In this document: in pieces, positions 1 through 11,945 of the stretch | Layout of the letters: each line of letters begins with the position of its first letter | How positions within the stretch are numbered: position 1 is the stretch's first letter | The notes under the pieces: model-generated | What the model saw: the letters and a program-made list of their open reading frames with translations, nothing else | Databases searched by the model: none | What the model was told of the DNA's origin: nothing | Made by a program: the position numbers and the translations under genes | Origin: Lingula anatina | Taxonomy: Eukaryota > Animalia > Brachiopoda | NCBI GenBank assembly: GCA_051362555.1 | Contig: CM120640.1 | Location: 62,846,788 to 62,910,787, forward strand | Direction of reading: 5' to 3' | Length of the DNA: 64,000 nt

Positions 1-8
1 ATATGTGT

Positions 9-58
9 ACTAGTATTTAAATAAACAGGTCAGACTAGTATTTAAATGAACAGGTCAG
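9..58 (+). repeat. 25-bp tandem duplication
   Basis: actagtatttaaat(a/g)aacaggtcag occurs twice. Confidence 0.85.
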
Positions 59-2639
59 TTTTCTCATATTTTTAACCCGTCAAAGTTCTGTTTTAAATAA
101 TTTTTGCAGTAATTTATCTCTATGTGGCATGTAGAAGTATATCTGTTGTTGCGATATAAGCATTGCAGCATTTTTATGAATCAAGAATTCAAATAAAAGA
201 GTTGAACTTGTACACATGGTTTAGAATGACAACTTGTTTTAAACAGGAATCGGTCCAAAAGATGATGTCGTGTAAAGGAAGACGTATTCGCTGTTTATGA
301 AGTCGGGCACTCAACGTTCAAAGCTGGAAAATATTTTCGATGTTAACTAGAATGTGCGTGTTTATGCTTAAGTGGAGCAACGGGAATAACTTTTCTGTCT
401 GTATTTTTCCAGCTTGTCTAGTATTAAATCTGAATTCATCATAAGTTATTGTTTGTTTTACAGTTAGTAAATTCGCTATTTAGTGCAAAGGATGTTTCAT
501 GAATGAAAAGGGCCTTGTGTGAGAGGCAATACGAGCCAAGGAAAATATTTTAAACAACACTCCCCTTGCACTGTCTCTTTAATGTAGTTATCTGCTCTTG
601 TTGTCGGGGTAGGGCAATTTGATAATGTATTTTTCATTATCTATTTCTGTGAAGATGTTGGTAATCATACACATAATTTAGTGAAAAATCAACAGTCACT
701 TAATGTATGTAACGGTATTTGTAAGTTGTGATGCTGAAATCTTCCTGAAACTGAAACTAAGATGGGGTAGTTCTGAAATTAGCGTGCGTCAGATAAAGCA
801 ATCAGTTAATAATTGACTTTATTTGTTGTCCTTCCGTTACTTTAAGGTGCTTTTATGTCCCGCAATTTTAAACAGGGCACTTCTTTATCTGTAAACAAAA
901 CGATAAAGGAAGTGAATCTGAAATGTTTGTCATCAGTCGGGGGTTATCACTTACAAAAGTTATAGTTTATATTGTGCTGTGGGACAAAACGTCTTCATGA
1001 ATAGATATTTTGGCCAAAAACTATTTTGCATTTCTTCATTGACACCTTCGGTGTTATGCAGATCTGATATTTATGTTTTTATGTTGCACGTAAAGTATGA
1101 TAAATAAAATTTTAAGAAAAATGAAAGTATTCGTCTCTTATTTCGTTACCCGCACTGCTGTCATTTCAGGATTAAATTGACTTCCATTGCGATATTAACT
1201 AATAACAACTTGACACTGCCTGTGTTGGCTTCCATACAACATCTTGATGAGAAATTACGCACTAAAATAATTCGTTTAAGGTGGTTTTTGGGATGACCGC
1301 AAAAAAGCATTTTAAAAATTATTATTTGTCACTTTGTTGCCCTCACTTCGTCACACCAGTGGGGTATAAGAAAAGCACAAGCCATTGATTTTGATACCAG
1401 AGGAACTGAAATCAGAGGGAATGTCAAAACAAAGGCCCTTAACAGTACAAAAAATCGAATTTCCTTAATGAAAATGTTTCCTAATGTACAGCCCCTCCCC
1501 CTACACACATCAATCAAACTCCTCAAAATAGCCTTTACGTTTACTTCTGCAATCTATCCTTTTTTGATTGTGGCTTTTATAAACAGGGATTGTCGGTGTA
1601 ACATTTTGTCCAATCTCTAAAAAACAATCATTTCATATCGATCTCATGAAAGGGTATCACTCCCATCAAATGCGTGTAATTACATTGTAAGTCTCATGTG
1701 CCAGTGTGTCGACGAGTGCCCTTTAATTGCATTCCGTTTTCATTCAGTGGTTCAATGTACAGGAACCTTGTAAAACGGCAGGTCTTAAGAGTTCATCATC
1801 ATTGTTGGCAAGCCCAAATACCATAATTTGTACAATGTTTTATCACTATAAACGATTAAGTTTTGACATTCACATTTCAGTTGGTTGCGCTATACTACTA
1901 TCTGTGGCGTTAAATGCCTATCACAGCACAACGGATTGACGCTTGCTGGTCCTCTCGCACGATTGCATGTTCGCTACTTAACGTGTAAAATTGACAAAAG
2001 CCAGTCATTAGTACAGGGTCTTGTAAGAGTTCACTTTCGATAGGATTAGTACAAACAAAAATCTGTAGTAGAAGTAGATATAAACAGTTGTAATTGCTTT
2101 TATTCACTATAAGTTTGTTAAATCACTGGACCAAATTGATCGGTTTAACGAGTTGGAAAGAAGGAAGTGCAATTTTTCTAAAACTACTTTGACTGATGTT
2201 AATGGGAACTGAATAATTTATGTCAGCGAATGTAATAATCTACTTTGACGGATAGATGTATAAAAAATCATCCCATGTTATTTAAGAAATCCCCATTTTA
2301 CCTATTTATGTTTTTGACCAGATTTTTCTAAGCATTACCTGTGTTGGACACAACAAGCCAATTATCTATTTAATTCTATGTACGCTGTGGTGTCAGAAAA
2401 GCGGTTGAATTACCGTTCACCTTTCGGTGTGTCTCGCACAAGAGCATGATGGACCACAGAACACGCCTGGTTCGTTGAAATCACTATTACATTTTGTTCA
2501 ATCTAGCATTCGCTGATTGTACAAAAAGTCATTATAACTGAGTAGTTTACGTAATTGTATTATTTGTGAGCACTAGAATATGGCATGTTACACAGCATTA
2601 AATACCTAATAATGTAATTCATGAAAAAATAAATAATTA

Positions 2640-3283
2640 TGAAAATACTTAGTATCATCGTCCTCTTCCGTGTGAAATAGAAGTACTCCTTTCAAATAGG
2701 AGGCTATCTCTTCTAGACTCCAAGACAAACGTTTCGATGTCTCTTTTACAAGACTGGTACTTCAAAACACGTTTTCTGGAAAAAACTGTACATGGCTATT
2801 TGCATTAAGTTCCCATCTTAACTTCCAGGAGACGTATCCACGTTCCACGCCAACTATAAAGTAGTTTTGTAGCAAATAAGTCATCTTCATTAAACTTGGA
2901 AAAAAGTAGGAATGCTTCTCAGTTTCTTCAATTGAATTATGGTGTAATCTGCACTGGGATGTGGATTAGATGAGGGATGTAGCAGAGACGGAAATCTCAG
3001 GAATATTCTCCACTGACTGGCATAGATAATTTTCGGAAATCGCTGTGTCCCAGATAACGATGAGTTACTAGCCCGTTGTTTGCCAGGTTCCGTGGTTAGC
3101 CGAGGACAGCGGTTTCAGAAAGATACAATGCCAGTTGTTGAAACCATCGCACACGAAACTGCCTGGTACTACGGATTCCATTTCCTCTGCAACATCTGAA
3201 ACTTTGAAAAAAAAAATGTCATAGTCTAAATTCTGATAAAATGTATACAGGGTTTGTGTTATGTCATGTTGGGCAAGGACCAA
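2640..3283 (-). pseudogene. Possible decayed coding relic of unknown origin
   Basis: The frame of ORF 3068..3283 continues to ~2640, giving about 210 codons with only 4 stops. No motif recognised. Confidence 0.25.
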
Positions 3284-4289
3284 GCACTATACGGTGTAAA
3301 TCAAGTTATATACATGTATTCCCTGGGTAATCTTCTTTAAACTTATTTTTTCGGCATTGGAATAAAAAAAACACCTTTCCATGGTTGGTCGCAGAAGACA
3401 GGTTTTTCAGATTAAGACTGAAAGGAGCAGCTCAAAGATATACTCCTGTCGTTAGACAGCCGGGAACTGGGATGTAGGCCTACTGACATACAAATCAACC
3501 AGAAGAACGAAAGAAAATGTATCATTGTTCGTTCTACAGTCTCATGCTTTGTTGTGTATTTTACTAACTTTGATACATAAGTGATCTTCATTTCCTGCGG
3601 TTGAAGATAAGATATCGTTGTTGAAGGAAATTATTGATCCCCCCCCCCCCCCAATTCACCGGTAATAATAGAGATCAATGAAGCGCTCGCCCCTATCATC
3701 TTAGACATTATTCAGTCGCTGTACAGCGGTCACGCGGTCCATCAATTATACACCAGTTCTACCTGACCTGCTGCTCAATTTGACACAAATGTTGACGAAT
3801 AGCATCTATTTGGATTACATTTACAGCAAACGTAGATTCAACCAGTCACATATGATTTCCGTGAAGATTTAGCCAATTATAACGAAAAAAATAGAACCTT
3901 TTCCTCTGTTTCTCTCTCGGGTAATAACGGCGATCATTTAAATACCTTAAGTTTTTCTCTGATTTCTTTTTACATTATGTTTTTTAAATCCAGTTAATAC
4001 GTCGATGTGAAATATTCAAGGGCCTCTTTCAGTCAAATTGACTTTCGGTAAATTGCTTATGCTGGGTTGGCAGGACTGTCAGTCATAGCAAAAGTTTATG
4101 TTAAGTGAGTGTGCCTGCGTGTGTGGGTAACTGTTTAGAGAACTATAAGCGACGTGGGGAGAGGGTAGGGGATTTCCCTTAGCGCCTTCCTTATGACTAC
4201 TACGTGATTGAAAAAATAAAACTGAGGGTGGGGGAGGGGGGAACTTCTATGTCTGTTAAGACGCAAGACGCAATAAGACTAGTGACAAT

Positions 4290-4455
4290 GCTACTAGGCT
4301 TTAGCACCTTCTTCTACCTCTTAGTGCCTGTTATTGACAGAGGATACAGCATATAACAGATCTTTGAAGATTATTATTAATATGAGCCGTCAGGAGAACA
4401 AATCAGCGATCTTCCGCTCCGGAGACGAGCACTTAACCATTAAGCCATCCGGTTG
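4290..4455 (-). mobile_element. Degenerate tRNA-derived SINE fragment
   Basis: Minus strand reads ggatggcttaatggttaagtgctcgtctcc..., an A-box-like head (TGGCTTAATGG) with a decayed B box, followed by SINE-like body sequence. Confidence 0.35.
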
Positions 4456-5422
4456 ATAAACTAATTACGAAGCCAATAACTAATAAATTATGATACACAT
4501 CAAGTAAGCATGACCTAAAAAAATGAGAAATACATACGTCAATCCAAAATCGAACAACAGCAAATCTTCTCCATTTGTGGCACTTCATATTTCATACAAC
4601 TGTTTACACTGATTAACTTATCCTGAATAAATGCGAGAAATTGCCAAGTTGACGAATTATAAATAAACCGTTTGTATCTAAACTTAGAACCGTAGTAATC
4701 GGAAACACCAAGAAACAAATTGCTTTCTTGCATGTTCTTATTCCTTCAGGTACTATTCCTATTAAGTAGTGGAAAACATTAAAATGCTGTAACACCTACA
4801 GATTTTGTCAGGGTTAGCTTTATCCTTTCTAGATATAAGATATTCTTTCTAGATATAACAGCACAATCATGAAAACGTGTTGTATAACATAGACATCATC
4901 GGTTTGTTTGCAAAGGCGGCAACGGAGAGCCATCAACCACAAGGGACTTTTCATAGCCAAAATTATGTTAGCAAGTTTCGATACGCGAATGATGACTATA
5001 TAACACAGTGGAGAAAACCAAAGGGTTGGTCATGTCAACATCAAATTGAACCACAAACAGTTTGCTGAACAGGATTACAGGTCTACGATGCAAGAGATCT
5101 GTTGGGAGTTGGGGTGATCCCGGCGATAACACTGTAGGAATTTGCTAGAGCAGTATAACGTTGTCATTCACGTTTTTGTTCTTACTCTACATTTTGGTCG
5201 ACTTTCGACTTGTAGAAAGAGATAATAATTAAGGTGCCATGTCTAAAGGGCTGTCAAGGCTCCTTATTGTGCCTTTTAAATATCCACCAATCAATATCAT
5301 ATCGACAAAATTAACAGTCTCCCCAGAAGACCAGAGCTTTGAGATCACCTACACTCGTACATTGTCCCAAGTTTACACGTTTGAGGCGTTAAAGTCCCAG
5401 CCAACACTTGACACAAGACTAA

Positions 5423-5672
5423 GGCTTCGTTCACATGCAATGTCTATTTTCTAAATTCTATTTTCTATTCGCGCTATCTTATGATCACGGTCTGTGCCCT
5501 GAATATCCCGCCGCGTAATTACTGGCAGCGCGAGCCAGTTACTGTAAGTTAAGTAACTGGCTCGCGCTGCCAGTTATTACGCGGCGGGATATTCAGGGCA
5601 CAGACCGTGATCATAAGATAGCGCGAATAGAAAACAGAATTTAGAAAATAGACATTGCATGTGAACGAAGCC
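5423..5672. mobile_element. Near-perfect palindromic PIF/Harbinger-like MITE (250 bp)
   Basis: Arms of ~120 bp (GGCTTCGTTCACATGC.../...GCATGTGAACGAAGCC) with very few mismatches. TAA on both flanks. Confidence 0.9.
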
Positions 5673-5799
5673 TAATTATACACTTGCAGTGTATAACTCA
5701 AAACATCACATCATAATATCATAAAATCATTCCATCCATTTTGTCCTACGATACACGCATGGATTTAAAGCTTTTGTTCAACTAAAGCCCATTCCCATA

Positions 5800-6072
5800 G
5801 GTCGCGTTCAGAACAGATGATCGGCGGACTAACTGATCCGGGAACTAAATATGGCCGACCCCACTTAAAAACAAGCTACCTAATTCCCTGATGGTCTGCC
5901 CGCTTCCACACGCGCCCTCAAACGGATTAAATATCGACTTCGAGGTTCAATTGCTAGGCCCTGCAGCGACAGCGCGTGTGGAGCCCGGGAGACCATCAGA
6001 TGATAAGTCGACATTGCTTTTAAGTGGGTCGGCCATATTTGATCCGCGGATGAACTTGTTCTGAATGCGCTC
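5800..6072. mobile_element. Hairpin MITE family A, nested in element C
   Basis: Ends ggtcgcgttcagaaca / tgttctgaatgcgctc. Internal stems aaatatggccgaccc, ctgatggtct and tccacacgcgc have inverse partners. ATA on both flanks. Confidence 0.8.
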
Positions 6073-6075
6073 ATA

Positions 6076-6322
6076 GACTGGGTTCCCATACTTAGATCTT
6101 TCCATCTGGATCGACCTAACTCCCTGGGGGTTCACGCTAAATTGCTATCAGCTCAAAGGACTTAAATGTCTGTCACGCCTACCGAATCAGCTAGGGGTAA
6201 AGATAATTACCCCCTACCAGTTTTACTAGGCGTGACAGACGTTTAAGCCCGTTAGTTTGTTAGCAATTTAGTGAGACTCCTCAGGGAGATAGATCGACCC
6301 AAATATATGTGGGAATGGTCCC
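6076..6322. mobile_element. Hairpin MITE family B, nested in element C
   Basis: Ends gactgggttcccata / gggaatggtccc, the same as 58609-58865. Long imperfect palindrome with ATA on both flanks. Confidence 0.85.
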
Positions 6323-6868
6323 ATAGACACCCCTCTCTACGTAGATTGATCCAACTCAGCGGGGACTCTCGCTGAATGCACTCAGAGATTAATACGCCTC
6401 CTGGGGCCAAGTAGAATACAGAAAGGCTGGTGATTAAGCTGAGTTGGAAACAGGAGGAGGCGTGTCATTCAATTAAGCCGATTGCACACAGCGAGAGTCC
6501 CCGCAGAGCTGGATCAATCTTTGCAGACTGATGGTGTTTATGGGAATGGGGTCTAAAACGCTTTCAGCAACACATGGGTACACACACAGGTTAACAATGC
6601 TGAGGACAAATTTGTGAATGACAACAACATACTGAAATTAATGATTTGCGACAGGCAAGAATGCCGACAGATCTGTGGACAGCTCCCCTTGCTCGTCAAG
6701 TTGTTTTTGGGTTAATACACAATCAAAGACATGCCTTTAAATTTCTTTAACTGTCGTTATCGTAAAAACAATTTCACTTATCGTAGTTTAAAAAGGCGCC
6801 AAAGTATTTTAAGTCCCTTATTTTCTCCTGTGAAAAGAAAGATCAAGTGAAAAGTGGAGGCAGCAGAG

Positions 6869-7272
6869 TCAAAGTTCACAAGGTTTCATGATTGTGCTAT
6901 CACTGCCAGAGAGCTGTACACTTACCAGTCTTCTAAGCGTGGTTCTTTTTAGTTGAAAATAGATCTCTGTTAGATTGATTCTGTTGTGGTTATCTTTTAA
7001 ATTTCCGTCGAACATTTTTTCGGGAGTTAGGTGTGAATTGCTTTGGAGCGGTAACAGGGGGAGTCTGGTTGTTCTATACTCTGCTTGTCTGTCATGCTGA
7101 TGCTTTGATAGCGATTTTGAATTTATTTTGTCCGAGTTCAAAAAATCCATACGTTCAGTTCTTGTCGCTTGCAAGATTTTCTTAAGAATTCCTATTTCTG
7201 CTAAGTTCAGCTGTTTTGCAAGGAGTTCATTGTGATGTGGTCGTGGCTCAGGCTGAGTCCGTTTGCCGTTCC
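6869..7272 (-). CDS. Candidate terminal coding exon of an unknown protein (GNGKRTQPEPRP...MKPCEL*)
   Basis: Open frame of 134 codons in AT-rich DNA, not caused by a microsatellite, preceded by a phase-1 acceptor (tttatag). No domain recognised. Confidence 0.4.
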
Positions 7273-7338
7273 CTATAAATATGACATTAAGCATTAAAAT
7301 GTTACATCAAATCACGTTTTTAATATTATCTTGTTTAA

Positions 7339-7342
<4 letters not shown>

Positions 7343-7420
<78 letters not shown>
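7343..7420. repeat. (GT)n(GA)n compound microsatellite
   Basis: Directly visible. Confidence 0.98.
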
Positions 7421-7421
<1 letters not shown>

Positions 7422-8324
7422 CAAAGTGTATAAGCATGATAGACAGAAGTGTTTTTACCTCCAAAACAACCATGGACTCTCCAAGGCCCTTTACATTTGT
7501 CTGAAAAAGATAACACAAAATGAGCATCAATACGGGTTTTAGGTCATGAGTCGTGCAGGTGCTTAGGAAATCAAATTGGAAGTCATTTCTGAGCTTTTGC
7601 ACAAAAATTTTACGTATTCCAAAGTTGAACGAATGTAAACAAAGTGATCTTCAAGACAAAATTTTAGACTTTTCATTCTTGGACTAAATGATAGTTTTAA
7701 ACCGAATCTTTTCAGTGGCAAAGTGTGAAAGATAAGCGAAGGGTGCATAGCAGTGTCTGCCTTCAAACAGTGAAGTGATTGTTTTGCTAGTTAGTGAGAC
7801 CAACAAGGCGTGATTCTTCGCAAAGTCGCTGGAAGAAGTGCCCGTGTCGTGATTTGCCTGTGACGTTAATGTCAGTCAAACTGCATTAGCTTGCTTTAAT
7901 ATAATACAATATGCTACAGCAAATAATGAAGCCAGGAAGCAGAGAACGTGATAACAGTTATCGTGTGTCATGAACAAAACAGGGCGTTTACCAGATAGAA
8001 ATATAATTTATCAGACGAACGCCGGATATGAATAACCTGGGACACCCTTAATCTTACCAACTGTGCCGTAATCGTTCAATAGTGTTTGTGCATATGAAGT
8101 GAATGTATCAATATTTGAAAGCGTGATCATTGCGTCGTGTCTTTCAAACTCGATTCTTTATGTTTCAACAAAAGACTGTTGTGAGTCTCAAGTGATCTTG
8201 CAAAGCCCAATGTGTGTTTACAAAGTGAGAAAGACAAGATTAATCCATTGGAGAGAAGCATTTAAACTCGTGTGAATATCAGTAGTGAGACGGTTCATTC
8301 CATGCACTCTTTTTCCATACTTAC

Positions 8325-8372
8325 CTAGTTCTGGAGGAAGAATACCCCTCGCTATAAGCTGATCTAATGTAA
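8325..8372 (-). CDS. Candidate 48-nt symmetric micro-exon (xTLDQLIARGILPPEL)
   Basis: Acceptor ttttacactcag and consensus donor CTAG|GTAAGT. Phase 1-1, in frame with 6869-7272. Confidence 0.35.
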
Positions 8373-9387
8373 CTGAGTGTAAAATGTATTTTTCATTAAT
8401 GAATTGCACATTGATGATGGTATTGATATAATGTGGTAAAAGCACATTTCATACTGAATTGTCAATGTGGACATGTTATTGTGACTTTCTTCTACTAAGA
8501 AAATTAACTTGTCTTTCTAAAAGTCCAACACGCAGACTGCCATTTACACATTGCCAAGTGACAGGTGTCTGCGCCTTCATTCCTCCCACATAACGGCATT
8601 TCCAAGAATATTTGATCAGATTAATCCCTTATTTCGTGCGTAAATTACATTAAAGAAGAACTAACGCTCTATCATAACGCGCCTTTTGTTTATCGCACAT
8701 ACAAAAAGTGTTGTATTACAATCTTGCATTTATCATCATTAATAACTGGGAGATCTATTAATATGAGAGGGCTTTAATCAAGAGGTTAATTTTCGTGGTT
8801 TGAATCCGTGCCCAGATTGAGAAAATCGTTTCTTTGTTCCTGACGTACGTGTCTATCATGCATCTTTTATGCCCATCCTGTTACCTACTCACTCCTTTCC
8901 TATGACGCAGATTTTAAATATTTTTTCGTCACTATTCTATTTTTATGTTCCATTTGCTCCTGCATATAGACGTGTTACAAGTGACAGTTAGCCATATAGT
9001 GCCAGTAAACAGTAGACTGAGCACTGAATCTGTATCCATCATTTTTATCTGCTATAAAATGATTTCGATTTCTAAGTTGATAGGAACTAGGTATTTGCCA
9101 TTTACCAAAGTTTAGTAAATTTTCTTCTCACTTGTACAAAAACAATTGCATTGATGTGTTTTAATAAATGGTTAAAATTGTAGAGGTGATTCTGGCCGGT
9201 AGCAAACTTTCTAAGCGCTGGGATATGTTTTCGTCATTGTAGTATTAAAATTCCACATACCAGTTCATTTTAATTCTATTTTCTTTCGCTAAAGCTTGGT
9301 ACACAGAAACATTTATATTCTAATCTATTTTATCGACCAGTTTTTCCTCCCCCACTTACAATAACTATGACACGGCAATCCGTTTAC

Positions 9388-9420
9388 CTGCTGTTGGGTC
9401 TTTATTTTGGCATTGATTTT
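9388..9420 (-). CDS. Candidate 33-nt symmetric micro-exon (xNQCQNKDPTA)
   Basis: Acceptor ctcatttcag and donor CAG|GTAAAC. Phase 1-1 and open. Confidence 0.3.
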
Positions 9421-11863
9421 CTGAAATGAGAGACTAGTATTCTTGTGCTTATCTTACAATTTCTAATATGCAAACCATAATATACAACAAATCAGAATAA
9501 GATGCCAGAGCTAGATAAACAAAACGAAAAGTTGAATAAGTATATCAGCAGCCATATGCTCAAAATGTCCTTTTTTAACATAACACACAACAAAGCTAAC
9601 CTTAGTCATTTTAGGAGTAGATAATTTTATTTAACATATTTCAATTGGTTTTATAAATACTATCTATTACGCTGTTTGGCAATCGCAAACTCTACCAATC
9701 TAGTTGATTAATTTTCGTACAAGGCCATTGAAACGCCCACACTCAAAGGTAAATATAGATCTAATTTTAAGTGTTTCCCGTATTCAATCGACAGCTTTAC
9801 AGCACAGTTAAGATGAAATGAAAAGAAAACCAAACACTACAGATAAAAATCAAAGTTTTGTCACTACAGTACAATAGATTGTCCTGAGCAATAAAGATTA
9901 ATAGTTGAGAACTGATTTTTTAAAAATTCTCTTTGTCGCGAAGCCGTACTTGAGAGACTACTCTTAAAGTGGCAGCTGTCGGTTTTGTAAATTGTAGATA
10001 GGAAAAAATGTGGAATCAAGCAGTTTATCCTGTTATTATTGTTTGATGATTCTGCAAATATACATACTTTTGAGTTGAAGCAAACTAGTAGGCCTAGTTT
10101 ACCCTCCCTCCTGTTAAAATAACGTTGCACAATTTTAAGCGAGCATATTTTTGATACATTTTCTCTTTTAGCTTTTATAAGAGCCTAAATACACAATGAC
10201 AAATCAGTGCTTCTGTTAATTATTTATTTGTTTATTTATTTATTTTAGAAGTAACTGTTTGTATCGGTTCCATCAAATTACATTATGCCACTTGGAGACT
10301 TGGAAGGGAAACGCTCGCTCCAGAGAGCGGTAAATAGATAGTTTTCAATGAATAAACCCGGACCTATGTGAAGATGACCAAACACTAAAATACGCTGTAA
10401 TTCATCCAGCCATTACAATAATAAAAAATAACAGGTTTTCCTTTTTATGCTCAATAACCTTCTTTTAACGTGTGCATGGACCGAGACAGGTGAGCCTAAA
10501 TACATTCCAGGTACTCGGGAGATAATTTCGAATGCAGTTTAACAGACGTAAAAGAAATTGGGGATTACTATTTCCAACATATTTTTCGCAAAAATAGACA
10601 CAGATAATTTAACTAGCCGAAAGTGACATGACGTGTGAGAGCTGTCTCATCGGATTCCTTTCAAACCCGAAATGTGTCAAAACAATAATGGTCTCTGTTT
10701 ACTTGAGTCTTTTATTTTCTGAGGAAAACGCATCGATAGATAAAATTCAATCCAATAAGCACGGATATTGTTTAAGTACACTTTTCGTTTTAACGGGTGC
10801 ATCACCTTTATTGCCAAACCAATTTAAGTCACGGTTTGCCGAAACAAAACCAGCATTTATCTTGGCTCAATTAGACGGGTGCTTCTCCCTTCGGGACAAA
10901 GGAGGACTGGCCTCGATTGCAAAAGACAAACTTGATAACCAAGTGCGAGTATACAACACCTGTGCAGTGTAGTAATTTTCAATAATTGCCCATCAAGGTA
11001 GACTCACCGTGAACCTCACTCAATTACCAATCAGTACTATTTAATTAATGCCCCTGGAAACAGCTGCTGGTGTTGCTTTTTTCTGCATCAGACAATGATA
11101 TCAAAGTGGCTAGAAAAATGATGTATTTTCTGTAAACAAGACACACCTACAATCCCGGAGTGTGCACAATGCTGGTGTGCCATCATTAGACATACTTTCA
11201 TAAGAAACAAAAAGTCTATAGGTTATTGCAGTATGACACTCAGATTCTCTCATTATTTTTGCATTAATGAAAACAGGTGTTGATCTAACCGACCGTGAAC
11301 AACTCAGAATAGTTATGTATAGGTTTATTCAAAGGCCCTTTATCTATCAACCCAGTCGTCCGTTCATATAGGCCATTTTCTCTTTTAAAATTACTGCAAT
11401 AAATAGTGCCGATGTAACTGGAATAGTATATATTTGTTTACAGACAGGATGAAAATATCACCGTCTGGCAAAAAAACCTAACCTATTAATCGTAGCGGTA
11501 ATGCTCGCCAATACATTCGAGAGGAATAAAATGACATTTTAGCCGAGGTATATTTAGTCAAGCAACAAAAATATGATTTTCAAAAAAAAAAAAAAAAAAA
11601 TGCTAGGCTCTGGTTTTAAAGCATTGATTATGTTTATCTGTTTTCAAATATAATTGCCGATTCATTGGTTTAATTCTAATATTTCTCTGGCTGGAGTTCA
11701 AACGTGTGAGCACCAGTCAAATTTGCTCGTACATGATGCATACAAACTCATGGGCCTATTTTAATATATGTAGTTACGTGTTTATCAGATGGATCTAAAA
11801 GTAAAAAAGCAAAAAACTTAATCTTTTCTAAATGATTAACAATTAAAGATCGAATTTACTTAC

Positions 11864-11945
11864 TGGCATCGGTTTTATGTGATAAGAGACATGCAAGCAC
11901 CACCGCAAGGGGTATCACTACCCAAGGATCCAGGCGTATTCTCAT
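11864..11945 (-). CDS. Candidate signal-peptide exon (MRIRLDPWVVIPLAVVLACLLSHKTDA)
   Basis: ATG, basic n-region, hydrophobic core and TDA end, then a phase-1 donor A|GTAAGT. It overlaps SINE-like sequence, so it may be coincidental. Confidence 0.25.

Larger units (their letters stand above)
5785..6553. mobile_element. Hairpin MITE family C (host element), with its left TIR split by two insertions
   Basis: Removing 5800-6325 restores gcccattcccatagacacc, the inverse of ggtgtttatgggaatgggg at the right end. Homologous to 32522-32756. Confidence 0.8.

Noticed and set aside
3035-3065. IVIWDTA as a second Rab fragment
   Set aside because: No following GQE, P-loop or other G motifs; chance match.
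6420-6455. Hammerhead ribozyme-like core (CTGGTGA...GAAAC) in the family C loop
   Set aside because: It deviates from CUGANGA at an invariant A, has no convincing stem II, and the 33799 copy lacks the motif.
5785-6553. CRISPR- or integron-like array
   Set aside because: The repeated junction is only 3-5 bp, the units are TIR-bounded palindromes, no cas or integrase gene is present, and the context is eukaryotic.
7307-7602. ORFs with HT/SL/VC repeats (likewise YI-repeat ORFs at 14721, 53133, 53149, 61243 and the poly-L/Y ORF at 40453)
   Set aside because: Produced by microsatellites.
10628-10972. 114-aa plus-strand ORF
   Set aside because: No recognisable domain or convincing exon structure.
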